Positions 47,405 to 57,027 of a stretch of 64,000 nt of DNA are shown in pieces; position 1 is the first letter of the stretch; the number at the start of each line of letters is the position of its first letter. A program made the position numbers and the translations under genes. The notes under the pieces are model-generated. The model had not been told where the DNA came from. It saw only the letters and a list, made by a program, of their open reading frames with translations, and did not search any database. Source of the stretch: Candidatus Omnitrophota bacterium (GTDB lineage: Bacteria > Omnitrophota > Gorgyraeia > B26-G9); NCBI GenBank assembly GCA_018817585.1, contig JAHITE010000048.1:2100-66099 (forward strand), written 5' to 3'.

Positions 47405-49849
47405 ATGTTTTTAATTAAATTTATCAGGGCGAGCATCGCGATGCTGCTAATAATCATATTGCTTTCAAGTAATATCTACGCGGCCAATCAAATGCCTACA
47501 GATAGCTATACTTTTTGGATATTTACCGATGCTTTAGATGAAACAGCTCCGATTGTGCGGGACTGTTCCCCTGAAGCCAATTCTCTGGATATTTCCCGAT
47601 CAACTAATATTAAGGCTTGTATAGTTGATACCCAATCGGATATAGATTACACTTCGATCAATATGTCAGTAAATGGCATTCTGATTATAAATAATGGCAT
47701 TGTCCAGACTTATAAAGATGTATATGGTAATACTCAGTACTATCAAGTAGAAATAGTGGAAAAAACAGCTAATGATTATGTTTTGATGTATGATCCGGTG
47801 GAATGTTTTAATTATGAAGAAAATGTGCTGGTGAGCTTAAACGCGGCAGATGTTAAAGGCAATTATCTTGATCTTTATAATTATTCTTTTAAGGTTCAGG
47901 ATTTTCAAATCGGCGCGGTAAGTTCTTTTTTTAATGCCGCACCTTTGAATCTTAGTTTAGCTGCCCAAACAGCAGATACAGGATTTAAGCAGGATAATGC
48001 GGTAATTGCCAACTCAGTAGACAGTAAGCATGTATTTATTGCTTGGGAGCAGCGGAGCAGTACGGATATATGGGATATTTACTGTGTAAGATCAGATGAT
48101 TTTGGCAAGACTTTTTCCGCTCCGATTAGAGTAAATCCTGATGCCGCAGGCGCGGAACAGCGCTTTCCCTGTATTGCTTTAGACATCCTAAACAATGTAT
48201 ATGTCAGCTGGCAGCAAAAGGCAGTTTCCGGAGACTGGGATATTTATATTGCGAAAATGAACAGCACTGAAACTTTCTTTAGCCCGAGCAAGCGGATATA
48301 TGCTGATTATAATGCTACTGATCAAATGTTTCCGGCAATCGCAGTGGGTCCAGCGCTGCAAAGTGATGGTCTTTCCTGGACTCAGGAACCAGCGGTAATA
48401 TATGTGGTTTGGATTGAAAGCAATGGTTTAACCTCCAGCGTTCGCTATACAAGAACAACTGCTGCTTATAGTGATCCCTGGGATGTTTTTGTCAGTAATA
48501 GTATTCGGATTGACAGTGACCGTTCACAGCAGTGTAAAGATCCAATAATAAAACTTGATACCAGCGCCCGAACTTTTGTCGCTTGGCGGGCGGATAATTC
48601 TAATGGAACTTCCAGTATTTATTTTGATCGTGCAAATAAGAATATACTTGATGGAAAAGAGCTTTTTGGTACAGACATTACGGTGAGTAATAGTTCCAGC
48701 GCGGCAATTAAGCCGGAAATGGAAGTTTCATCAGATGGAAATAATGTTTATCTGCTTTGGAAAGAGTTATTATCAAATCAAGCTAATTTAAAGTTTTCGT
48801 ATTATCGATATTTAAATGGATATTATACTTTAAACGCGTCAAAAAATGTTAATACCGATATTTTAAGTGAAGCAGCTCTGGGTAATTATGATCTTAGCAT
48901 AGATATTGGTAATGATGTCTCAGTAATCTGGAGTGAGGTGCATAATGCTAATAAAGTGATTAATCTGGCAGGAGCAACTTATAATAACTATACTTTTTCG
49001 GAATTCGCGTCTATTGTCACGCCGGGAGAACAGGAAAATCCTTGTTTAGGGATGGATTCTGTTGGCGGACACTATTATATGACATGGACAGATAACAGCA
49101 ATGGCTATGAAGCAATATATTTTTGCCGCAATACTTATATCGTAACTGATGAAATTACCACTCAAAAGATTGATAATAATATCGGCGGTATTGTTGCCGT
49201 AAGTTCGGGCAGCATAGCTGGCAGCAAAATTGAAATACCCCCAGACGCGATTGACGCGCCGATTACGATTACAATTGCTGAATCAGTGGGTGCTCCGGAA
49301 CCGGATAATGGCTTGACCAGATTGGGTAATGTTGTAGATTTTGGACCAGGTCAAACATTTTTTAATACTCCGGCCAGAATAACATTGCCTTACAGTAACT
49401 TTATTAATATTGATGCTCAGGATTTGAATATATATTACTATAATATCGCGGGCTTGAAATGGGAGATGGTTTCAGGCTGCATAGTAGATGCAGTAAATCA
49501 AACGGTTTCCGCTAATATAAATCATTTTTCGATTTATATGGTTGCTGCTGGATCAGCAATTGTGGCAATTAGTGACCCTGATTCAGCTCAGGATAGTGGC
49601 GGGGGAGGCGGCGGTTGTTTTATTGCTACTGCCGCCTATGGCAGCAGTATGTCCAAAGAAGTATATGTTTTGCGTGAATTCCGCGATCAATATTTATTGA
49701 CTAATAAATTAGGAATAAGTTTTGTGCGAAATTATTATAAATACAGCCCGCCTTTTGCTGAGAAAATCCGAAGCAATAATAATATAAAAGCGCTGATTCG
49801 AGTATGTCTTAAACCATTAATTTGTTTAAGCCGGAGTATTTGCCGGTAA
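47405..49849 (+). CDS. large secreted BNR/Asp-box repeat protein with Gly-run + CFIATAAYGS C-terminal domain
   Basis: Signal peptide; Asp-box SDDFGKTFS; C-terminal SGGGGGGCFIATAAYGSSMSKEVYVLREFRDQYLLTN...YYKYSPPFAEKI. Confidence 0.6.
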   Translation: MFLIKFIRASIAMLLIIILLSSNIYAANQMPTDSYTFWIFTDALDETAPIVRDCSPEANSLDISRSTNIKACIVDTQSDIDYTSINMSVNGILIINNGIVQTYKDVYGNTQYYQVEIVEKTANDYVLMYDPVECFNYEENVLVSLNAADVKGNYLDLYNYSFKVQDFQIGAVSSFFNAAPLNLSLAAQTADTGFKQDNAVIANSVDSKHVFIAWEQRSSTDIWDIYCVRSDDFGKTFSAPIRVNPDAAGAEQRFPCIALDILNNVYVSWQQKAVSGDWDIYIAKMNSTETFFSPSKRIYADYNATDQMFPAIAVGPALQSDGLSWTQEPAVIYVVWIESNGLTSSVRYTRTTAAYSDPWDVFVSNSIRIDSDRSQQCKDPIIKLDTSARTFVAWRADNSNGTSSIYFDRANKNILDGKELFGTDITVSNSSSAAIKPEMEVSSDGNNVYLLWKELLSNQANLKFSYYRYLNGYYTLNASKNVNTDILSEAALGNYDLSIDIGNDVSVIWSEVHNANKVINLAGATYNNYTFSEFASIVTPGEQENPCLGMDSVGGHYYMTWTDNSNGYEAIYFCRNTYIVTDEITTQKIDNNIGGIVAVSSGSIAGSKIEIPPDAIDAPITITIAESVGAPEPDNGLTRLGNVVDFGPGQTFFNTPARITLPYSNFINIDAQDLNIYYYNIAGLKWEMVSGCIVDAVNQTVSANINHFSIYMVAAGSAIVAISDPDSAQDSGGGGGGCFIATAAYGSSMSKEVYVLREFRDQYLLTNKLGISFVRNYYKYSPPFAEKIRSNNNIKALIRVCLKPLICLSRSICR

Positions 49850-49895
49850 TTTATCTAGTATTACCTTGACAGTTTTCGCTGAATATTATATAAAG

Positions 49896-49907
49896 ATATT
49901 CGAATAT
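49896..49907. promoter_or_regulatory. perfect 12-bp palindrome ATATTCGAATAT between promoter and arsR-like start
   Basis: Lies 25 nt upstream of ATG 49932; TTGACA at 49866. Confidence 0.4.
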
Positions 49908-49931
49908 GATTATATAACAAAGAGAGGGCTC

Positions 49932-50222
49932 ATGGCGAAAGTAAAATATAATTATCTAAGGGCGGCTAAATTTTTAAAAGCGCTTTCACACCCGACAAGG
50001 TTGATGATTGTCAATGAGCTGGCATTAGGAAAAAAATGTGTGAATGATATAAAAGAACTGGTGCAAGTAAATCAGCCGAATATATCACAGCATTTATCTT
50101 TGCTTAAATTAAACGGGATTGTGGACAGCCGGCAGAATGGGAAAATGAAATGTTATTTTTTAAAAGATGAAGCGATGATGCGGGAGATGTTTAATAATTT
50201 AAAGAAGAATAAGTTGATTTAA
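49932..50222 (+). CDS. ArsR/SmtB-family transcriptional regulator
   Basis: LKALSHPTRLMIV..L....KCVNDI......NQPNISQHL..LK..GIV. Confidence 0.75.
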   Translation: MAKVKYNYLRAAKFLKALSHPTRLMIVNELALGKKCVNDIKELVQVNQPNISQHLSLLKLNGIVDSRQNGKMKCYFLKDEAMMREMFNNLKKNKLI

Positions 50223-50251
50223 AAAATAAGGGAAATAAGTAAGGAGGAAAA

Positions 50252-51973
50252 ATGAAATTATTGATTATCGGCGGTGTTGCCGGAGGAGCAGCGGCAGCGG
50301 CCAGAGCGAGAAGATTAAATGAAGATGCTCAGATCATAATGTTTGAACGAGGCGAATACGTGTCATTTGCTAACTGTGGATTGCCCTACTATGCGGGTGA
50401 TGTGGTTAAAAAACGGCAATTTCTACTGGTGCAGACACCGCGGGGGTTAAAAAAACGGTTTAATATCGACGTGCGTGTTAGGCACCTTGTCAAAGCGATT
50501 GACCCTATAAATAAAACGATTCAGGTAAAAGATCTTGCAACCAACCGAAATTATTCGGAAACCTATGATAAGCTTATTCTTTCTCCGGGGGCTGAGCCGA
50601 TTGTGCCTGCTTTTGAAGGCGTGGATCTGCCTTGCGTGCATACAGTACGCACTGTGCCTGATATTGACAGAATTAAAGAAGCGCTTGATTTGGCTAAAGT
50701 AAAAAGAGCGGTGGTGATCGGCGCGGGATTTATTGGTTTAGAGATGTCAGAAAATTTGCGGGAAAGAGGCGTGGAAACATATCTGGTTGAGAAAATGGAT
50801 CAGGTTATGCCGCCTTTTGATAAGGATATGGCGGTAATCCTTGAGCGGGAAATCATGGCGCATGATGTCAGGCTTTATCTTAATGAAGAAGTTGTAAAGA
50901 TAAGCATGGAAAATAATGGATATAAAGTGCATACAGCATCAGGGAAAGGTTTGGATACAGATTTAGTTATTATGGCTATAGGAGTAAGGCCTGAAACTAA
51001 TCTTGCCAAACAAGCGGGGTTAAAACTAGGCAGCCAAGGGATTGTAACTGATGCTAAAATGAAGACATCGGATGAGTCAATCTATGCTATTGGTGATGTT
51101 GTAGAAAGTTTTGACCCGGTAACTGCTGTATATCGTAATGTCCCTTTAGCCGGTCCCGCGGCTAAACAAGCGCTTGTCGCGGTGAATAATATATTCGGGA
51201 TAGATGATGAGTATGCCGGAACTATTGGAACTTCTATAGTAAAGGTGTTTAATCTAGCCGCTGCAATGACCGGAGCAAGCGAGAAAACGCTAAAAGCCGC
51301 TAAGATTAATCACTCAAAGGTGTATACGCATCCCGCTGACCATGTGGGATATTATCCGGGCGCGGTGAAGATGGCGATAAAACTTTTATATGATCCGGAT
51401 AGCGGGATTGTGCTTGGCGCGCAGATAGTAGGCAAAAACGGCGTGGATAGAAAAACCGATGTGCTGGCTGTCGCGGTAAAGCAAAAGATGTTAATAAAGG
51501 ATCTGGCAGAATTGGAATTATGTTATGCTCCGCCATACGGCACATCAAAAGACGCGATTAATCTTATTGGCATGACAGCTTTAAATCATAAGCGGGACAT
51601 AACTAAATTAATTCAATGGGAAGATATTTTGAAAGAAGATTTTTTGCTGGATACCCGGACAGTTGGGGAATACGATAGAGGCAATGTGCCGAATTCAGTG
51701 AACATTCCGGTTGATGAATTAAGAGAGCGGTTGAATGAAATCCCTAAAAACAGGAATATCGCCGTATTTTGCCAGTATGGAGTAAGAGCGCATGTTGCTT
51801 GTAGAATTCTTAATCAGCACGGATATAGAGCCGCTAATATTTCAGGCGGATACGTGACATTTGTAAATTACCGGGACGCGTATAAGTCTTCGAGCTTATT
51901 GAGCGCCCAAAGCAAGCTGGATAATGAGACATTCTGCTCAGGTACTATTGGAGAGCCTGTTACGGATAAATAA
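50252..51973 (+). CDS. CoA-disulfide reductase / NADH oxidase with C-terminal rhodanese domain
   Basis: GGVAGGAAAA FAD site; redox Cys SFANCGLPYY; C-terminal rhodanese with CQYGVRA. Confidence 0.8.
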   Translation: MKLLIIGGVAGGAAAAARARRLNEDAQIIMFERGEYVSFANCGLPYYAGDVVKKRQFLLVQTPRGLKKRFNIDVRVRHLVKAIDPINKTIQVKDLATNRNYSETYDKLILSPGAEPIVPAFEGVDLPCVHTVRTVPDIDRIKEALDLAKVKRAVVIGAGFIGLEMSENLRERGVETYLVEKMDQVMPPFDKDMAVILEREIMAHDVRLYLNEEVVKISMENNGYKVHTASGKGLDTDLVIMAIGVRPETNLAKQAGLKLGSQGIVTDAKMKTSDESIYAIGDVVESFDPVTAVYRNVPLAGPAAKQALVAVNNIFGIDDEYAGTIGTSIVKVFNLAAAMTGASEKTLKAAKINHSKVYTHPADHVGYYPGAVKMAIKLLYDPDSGIVLGAQIVGKNGVDRKTDVLAVAVKQKMLIKDLAELELCYAPPYGTSKDAINLIGMTALNHKRDITKLIQWEDILKEDFLLDTRTVGEYDRGNVPNSVNIPVDELRERLNEIPKNRNIAVFCQYGVRAHVACRILNQHGYRAANISGGYVTFVNYRDAYKSSSLLSAQSKLDNETFCSGTIGEPVTDK

Positions 51974-51986
51974 TGGGGTAAATAAA

Positions 51987-52166
51987 ATGCTTGATTTCAG
52001 TCAGATAGCTGAGGCTCGCATAGTTCTTGGTTTGGAAGAATTCGCGGCTATGGAACAGATAACAGACGCTTATCGTAAACTTGCTGTTAAATACCATCAG
52101 GATAAGTGCAAAAATAAAGATAAGAAAAAATGTGAAGAAAAATTTAAAAAGATTGCTGCGCGGTAA
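51987..52166 (+). CDS. J-domain-like small protein with HQD in place of HPD
   Basis: ITDAYRKLAVKYHQDKCKNKDKKKCEEKFKKI; internal Met used as start. Confidence 0.35.
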   Translation: MLDFSQIAEARIVLGLEEFAAMEQITDAYRKLAVKYHQDKCKNKDKKKCEEKFKKIAAR

Positions 52167-52189
52167 ACATTAATACTCCGCCTGTTATT

Positions 52190-52232
52190 TTAAATGCATT
52201 AATTTGACAAAGCATTTAAAATAAATTATACT
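52190..52232 (+). promoter_or_regulatory. sigma70-like promoter with overlapping inverted repeat (candidate ArsR operator)
   Basis: TTAAATGC-N13-GCATTTAA overlapping TTGACA (52204) -N17- TATACT (52227). Confidence 0.5.
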
Positions 52233-52279
52233 ATATAGCAATATGGCTATTTAATTAATAATCTATTTTTAGGTGTAAT

Positions 52280-52618
52280 ATGAAGGAATTAGAAAAAATA
52301 TTTAAAGCCCTAGCCGATATTAATCGTTTGCGCATTTTAAAAATGCTTCAAGCGCGGAAGAGATGCGTATGTGAGTTAGCTTTTGTCTTGGGGATTACCC
52401 AGCCCAGCGTATCGCGGCATATAAAAAAATTAAAAAATGCCGGTTTGATTGAAAGTGAAAAAAACGAGTTTTGGACAGACTATTGTTTGATTGAAACAGG
52501 CAAGCATATTGAGCTTATTATCAAGCAGTTTAAACGCTTGTGCGTAAATGATAATCTGGTGAAGAGCGATTTGGAAAAAATAAAAAAAGCTAATCGTCAG
52601 AAACTTTGCTGCAAGTAA
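52280..52618 (+). CDS. ArsR/SmtB-family transcriptional regulator
   Basis: LADINRLRILKML..R..CVCEL......TQPSVSRHIK.LK.AGLI. Confidence 0.75.
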   Translation: MKELEKIFKALADINRLRILKMLQARKRCVCELAFVLGITQPSVSRHIKKLKNAGLIESEKNEFWTDYCLIETGKHIELIIKQFKRLCVNDNLVKSDLEKIKKANRQKLCCK

Positions 52619-52645
52619 TATTTTTTTAAGTAAATAAATAGCTTT

Positions 52646-53839
52646 TTGGCTATATGGGGGGATCTAATGAAAGAGCGGAATAAGTTTTTATTAATGCTCG
52701 GCGGTTTTCTGGCATGTTTTTATTTACCGATTGAGCTTTTGCCATTCCGCAATCCTGTGTTTGAGGCAATAGCGCTTGTGCAATGGTACGCGCAAGAGCA
52801 TGTTTTACTTTGTTTGGTTCCGGCATTTTTTATTGCCGGAGCGATTTCGGTTTTTATCAGCCAAGCTTCAGTGATTAAATATTTTGGGGCAAAAGCAAAT
52901 AAGTTTTTGGCTTATAGCGTGGCTTCAATTTCCGGAACCATTTTGGCAGTATGTTCCTGTACGGTTTTGCCTTTGTTTTCTGGCATATATAAACGGGGCG
53001 CGGGTTTAGGCCCGGCCACAGCCTTTCTTTATTCCGGGCCGGCGATTAATATTTTGGCAATTATTATGACTGCCAGGATTTTAGGCTGGCAGCTGGGGTT
53101 GGCCAGAGCAGTGGGCGCGATTTTATTCAGCGTAATAATCGGACTTTTAATGCATCTTATATTTTTAAAAGAAGAACAAGCGCGAAAGGTACAAGGAGAT
53201 TTATTAGCTTTAGAGGAAAAAGAACCAAGAAATTTAGCCCAGAATGGTGTGTATTTTTTATCAATGGTTGCTTTCTTGGTATTTGCTAATTGGGCAAAGC
53301 CACAATTAGGTGATAGTGGTTTATGGGCAGATTTGTTTGCCATAAAATGGTATTTATCCGCGGGATTTCTATTTTTAATTTCGATTATGATTGCCAAGTG
53401 GTTTAAAAAGCAGGAAATTATAGACTGGACGCAAAGCTCCTGGACTTTTGCTAAACAGATACTTCCATTATTGTTATTAGGGGTAATTATTGCTGGATTA
53501 TTGCTTGGCCGGCCTGATCATGAAGGCTTAATTCCCTCCTGGATTATTGCCAAGGCGGTTGGCGGAAATTCACTGTTATCTAATTTATTAGCTTCCGTGG
53601 TTGGGGCATTTATGTATTTTGCTACTTTAACTGAAGTGCCGATTCTTCAAGGGCTTATCGGAGCTGGCATGGGTAAAGGCCCGGCATTGGCTTTGCTTTT
53701 AGCCGGACCAGCCTTGAGCTTGCCGAATATGCTGGTTATCCGGAAAGTTATTGGCACAAAGAAGACAGTGGTTTATGTGAGTTTAGTGGTTGTTATGGCC
53801 ACATTCAGCAGAATTATATTCGGGATGATTGTAAAATAG
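52646..53839 (+). CDS. ArsP-like permease (DUF318 family)
   Basis: Polytopic membrane protein with CSCTVLP motif. Confidence 0.55.
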   Translation: MAIWGDLMKERNKFLLMLGGFLACFYLPIELLPFRNPVFEAIALVQWYAQEHVLLCLVPAFFIAGAISVFISQASVIKYFGAKANKFLAYSVASISGTILAVCSCTVLPLFSGIYKRGAGLGPATAFLYSGPAINILAIIMTARILGWQLGLARAVGAILFSVIIGLLMHLIFLKEEQARKVQGDLLALEEKEPRNLAQNGVYFLSMVAFLVFANWAKPQLGDSGLWADLFAIKWYLSAGFLFLISIMIAKWFKKQEIIDWTQSSWTFAKQILPLLLLGVIIAGLLLGRPDHEGLIPSWIIAKAVGGNSLLSNLLASVVGAFMYFATLTEVPILQGLIGAGMGKGPALALLLAGPALSLPNMLVIRKVIGTKKTVVYVSLVVVMATFSRIIFGMIVK

Positions 53840-53850
53840 GAGAGATTGCG

Positions 53851-54084
53851 ATGAAGATTGAAATATTGGGTACAGGCTGTCCAAAATGTAAAAAATTATA
53901 TGAAAATGTTCAGGAAGCGGTTAAGCAAAAAAATATTGATGCGGAGATTTTAAAGGTTACAGAAATTAATGAAATAATGGAGTACGGAATTATGATTACC
54001 CCGGCTTTAGTGGTTGACGGAGAAGTTAAGGCTGCTGGAAAAATCCCTTCGGTTAATGAAATTGTGAATTGGATTACTGTATAA
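53851..54084 (+). CDS. thioredoxin-family 'redox-active disulfide protein 2'-like
   Basis: 77 aa; GTGCPKCK. Confidence 0.7.
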   Translation: MKIEILGTGCPKCKKLYENVQEAVKQKNIDAEILKVTEINEIMEYGIMITPALVVDGEVKAAGKIPSVNEIVNWITV

Positions 54085-54548
54085 AAGAGGAGGAAAATAT
54101 GACAAATGCAAAGAATATTTTTTTAGTAATAGCAGTAATTGTTCTGGGAGCGTTGCCGCAGCATAATTCCAATAAAGGCTGCAGTAATGGTGTGTGCGGT
54201 TTATTACCTGATGCTTTGGCAGAAACTTCGGATTTACTTAAATCGGATTTGCCCACAGGTAATGAGCAGATCAGCTTTGTTGAGCTTGGCTCAGTAAATT
54301 GCATTCCTTGCAAGCAAATGCAGCCGATTATAGAGACAATCGAAAAAAAATACGCAGAAAAAGTAAAAGTTGTTTTTCATGATGTATGGACAGAAGAAGG
54401 CAAAAAATACGGGAATGAATATCATATCCGAGCTATTCCGACACAGGTATTTCTTGATAAAACAGGAAAAGAGATAACTAGGCATGAAGGATTTTTTCCG
54501 CAAGCGGAGATTGAAAAAATCTTAACTAATGCTGGAGTTGAAAAATGA
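54069..54548 (+). CDS. thioredoxin-fold protein, membrane-anchored
   Basis: SVNCIPCKQM CxxC motif; N-terminal TM. Confidence 0.6.
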   Translation: MDYCIKEEENMTNAKNIFLVIAVIVLGALPQHNSNKGCSNGVCGLLPDALAETSDLLKSDLPTGNEQISFVELGSVNCIPCKQMQPIIETIEKKYAEKVKVVFHDVWTEEGKKYGNEYHIRAIPTQVFLDKTGKEITRHEGFFPQAEIEKILTNAGVEK

Positions 54549-55246
54549 TCATGCGCTTGTTTGAAATATTAAGTAATGCTTTGAGCGGTACGCCGTTTAT
54601 TGCTTTTGGAGCGGCTTTTGCTTGGGGGATTTTAAGTATTTTGCTTAGCCCCTGTCATCTGGCAAGTATCCCCCTGATAATCGGGTTTATTAATGATCAG
54701 GGAAAGATATCGACAAAAAGGGCGTTTGTATTAGCGCTGCTTTTTTCTTTAGGAATCCTGATAACCATAGCTATTATCGGGGTGATTACCGCGGGAATGG
54801 GCAGAATGCTTGGTGATATCGGCAATCTGGGTAATTATTTTGTCGCGATTATATTTTTTATTGTGGGATTGCATCTTTTGGGGGTTTTATCTTTGCCGTT
54901 TATGGAAGGCGCAGGCCAGCCGGGGATGAAACGAAAAGGATTGTTGGCAGCTTTCTTGCTCGGACTTATTTTTGGGATTGCGCTTGGCCCCTGTACTTTC
55001 GCGTATATGGCTCCTATTCTGGCAATTACTTTTTCTCTGTCTTCGACAAAATTCCTGTATGGAATCCTCCTTCTTATTGCTTATGGAATCGGACATTGTT
55101 CAGTGATTGTATTTGCCGGGACATTTACGGAAATGGTAGAGCGCTATCTTAAATGGAATGAAAACTCAAAAGGGACTCTTATCCTGAAAAAGATATGCGG
55201 TTTTTTGGTAATCTTAGCAGGGCTATATCTATTATTTAAAAGATAA
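54545..55246 (+). CDS. ccdA: cytochrome c-type biogenesis/disulfide electron transporter CcdA (DsbD TM domain)
   Basis: Six TM helices; Cys in LLSPCHLASIP and LGPCTFAY. Confidence 0.75.
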   Translation: MIMRLFEILSNALSGTPFIAFGAAFAWGILSILLSPCHLASIPLIIGFINDQGKISTKRAFVLALLFSLGILITIAIIGVITAGMGRMLGDIGNLGNYFVAIIFFIVGLHLLGVLSLPFMEGAGQPGMKRKGLLAAFLLGLIFGIALGPCTFAYMAPILAITFSLSSTKFLYGILLLIAYGIGHCSVIVFAGTFTEMVERYLKWNENSKGTLILKKICGFLVILAGLYLLFKR

Positions 55247-55266
55247 TTAACGTGAGGTAAAAGATC

Positions 55267-56334
55267 ATGTCAGAAAAGATAAAATTAGGGTTTTTTGAAA
55301 AATATCTGACCATTTGGGTTATCGCCTGCATTGGCTTAGGGATATTTTTAGGGAAATTATTTCCTCAGGCCGCGGTTAGATTAGACAGTATCTCAATTTA
55401 TCATGTGTCTATTCCGATTGCTATTTGTCTTTTTTTTATGATGTACCCGATTATGGTGAAGATTGATTTCAGTGAAGTTATTAAGGCCGGCAAGACGCCT
55501 AAGCCGGTATTGCTTACATTGCTTGTAAACTGGGGGATCAAGCCGTTTACGATGTTCGCGATCGCTACGTTTTTTCTTGGATTTGTTTTTAAACAGTGGT
55601 TGCCGGGTTTAGAGATTATTAAGGACGGAACTCAGGTTGAACTGTATCGTTCTTATATTGCCGGCTGTATTTTGTTGGGGATAGCGCCTTGTACAGCCAT
55701 GGTTCTTGTCTGGGGTCATTTGGCTAAGGGTAATGACGGACATACGCTGGTTATGGTTGCGATAAATTCGCTGACAATGTTGTTTCTTTATGCGCCGTTA
55801 GGCGGATGGCTGCTTGGGGTAAATCAGATGCCGATCCCTTGGCAGACGATTGTTATTTCAGTAGTGATGTATGTAGGAATACCTTTGCTTTTAGGATATT
55901 ATTCAAGGAAATTTATTATTGCCAAGATGGGGTTTAATTGGTTTGAGGATAAATTTATTCACTATCTTACACCGATTTCAATTACCGCATTGCTGGTTAC
56001 GCTTGTCCTTTTGTTTTCGTTTAAGGGAGAGCTTATTGTTGATCAGCCGCAGGTGATTTTGCTGATCGCGATTCCGCTTTTTATCCAGACTTGCCTGATT
56101 TTCGCGATTACTTATGCTTTGGCCTTGTGGTTAAAATTGCCGTATAAAGATGCGGCGCCTTCTGCCTTGATTGGGGCAAGCAATCATTTTGAGGTTGCCA
56201 TCGCGACTTCAGCAATGCTCTTCGGCCTTTCATCCGGAGCTTCTTTGGCAACTGTGGTCGGGGTAATTATTGAAGTGCCGGTAATGCTTATTTTAGTCAG
56301 GGTGTGTTTGAAAACCAGGAACATTTTTAAATAA
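55267..56334 (+). CDS. acr3: ACR3-family arsenite efflux permease
   Basis: 10 TM helices; ACR3-like GIAPCTAMV motif. Confidence 0.75.
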   Translation: MSEKIKLGFFEKYLTIWVIACIGLGIFLGKLFPQAAVRLDSISIYHVSIPIAICLFFMMYPIMVKIDFSEVIKAGKTPKPVLLTLLVNWGIKPFTMFAIATFFLGFVFKQWLPGLEIIKDGTQVELYRSYIAGCILLGIAPCTAMVLVWGHLAKGNDGHTLVMVAINSLTMLFLYAPLGGWLLGVNQMPIPWQTIVISVVMYVGIPLLLGYYSRKFIIAKMGFNWFEDKFIHYLTPISITALLVTLVLLFSFKGELIVDQPQVILLIAIPLFIQTCLIFAITYALALWLKLPYKDAAPSALIGASNHFEVAIATSAMLFGLSSGASLATVVGVIIEVPVMLILVRVCLKTRNIFK

Positions 56335-56443
56335 GTTTTGTGATGAAATGCAGAGACACAAAACTTAACATATCCATTCGCTAGCTTTTAAATTATTGAC
56401 AATACGTACGGCATGTGGTACGCTTTAAGTAAAGGAGATTATT

Positions 56444-56686
56444 ATGACTACTTTAACCGCAAGCCAAGCACGAAGCATATTATATAAATTATTAGATACA
56501 ACAGCTTTATCTCATGAACCAATACAAATTACCGGAAAAAGACATAATGCTGTTTTAATTTCTGAAGATGACTGGAGAGCAATTCAGGAAACCTTATATC
56601 TTCTTTCAATTCCGGGAATGCGGGAGTCTATCCGCAAGGGCTTAAAAACCCCGATTAAAGAATGCAGCAAGAAATTGACATGGTAA
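56444..56686 (+). CDS. yefM: antitoxin Phd/YefM family
   Basis: MTTLTASQARSILYKLLD...ISEDDWRAIQETLYLLSIPGMRESI. Confidence 0.75.
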   Translation: MTTLTASQARSILYKLLDTTALSHEPIQITGKRHNAVLISEDDWRAIQETLYLLSIPGMRESIRKGLKTPIKECSKKLTW

Positions 56687-56946
56687 GCTGGAAAATAGTT
56701 TATACAAAACAGGCTATAAAAGACGCGAAAAAAATATCTGCTTCCGGATTGCGCTCTAAAGCGGAAAGCATTATAGAAATTATAAAGGAAAATCCCTTCA
56801 AGATTCCTCCTCCGTTTGAAAAACTAGTCGGTGATTTAACCGGTGCCTATTCAAGAAGAATAAATATACAACATCGAATTATTTATCAGGTATTTAAAAA
56901 ACACAAAACAATAAAAATTATTCGCTTATGGACTCATTATGAGTAG
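56662..56946 (+). CDS. yoeB: toxin YoeB/Txe family
   Basis: W.IVYTKQA.KDAKK...KL.GDLTGAYSRRIN.QHR..Y.V......I..WTHYE; overlaps yefM. Confidence 0.8.
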   Translation: MQQEIDMVSWKIVYTKQAIKDAKKISASGLRSKAESIIEIIKENPFKIPPPFEKLVGDLTGAYSRRINIQHRIIYQVFKKHKTIKIIRLWTHYE

Positions 56947-56957
56947 AAACAGCGGTT

Positions 56958-57025
56958 AGGCACAAGGTTAATAGCTAATGGTTGATAGTCAATAGCCCAT
57001 AGTAAAAAGCCATAAGCCATGGAAA
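56958..57025. repeat. heptanucleotide-periodic repeat array in convergent-gene gap
   Basis: taatagc taatggt tgatagt caatagc ccatagt aaaaagc cataagc catggaa. Confidence 0.7.
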
Positions 57026-57027
57026 GT

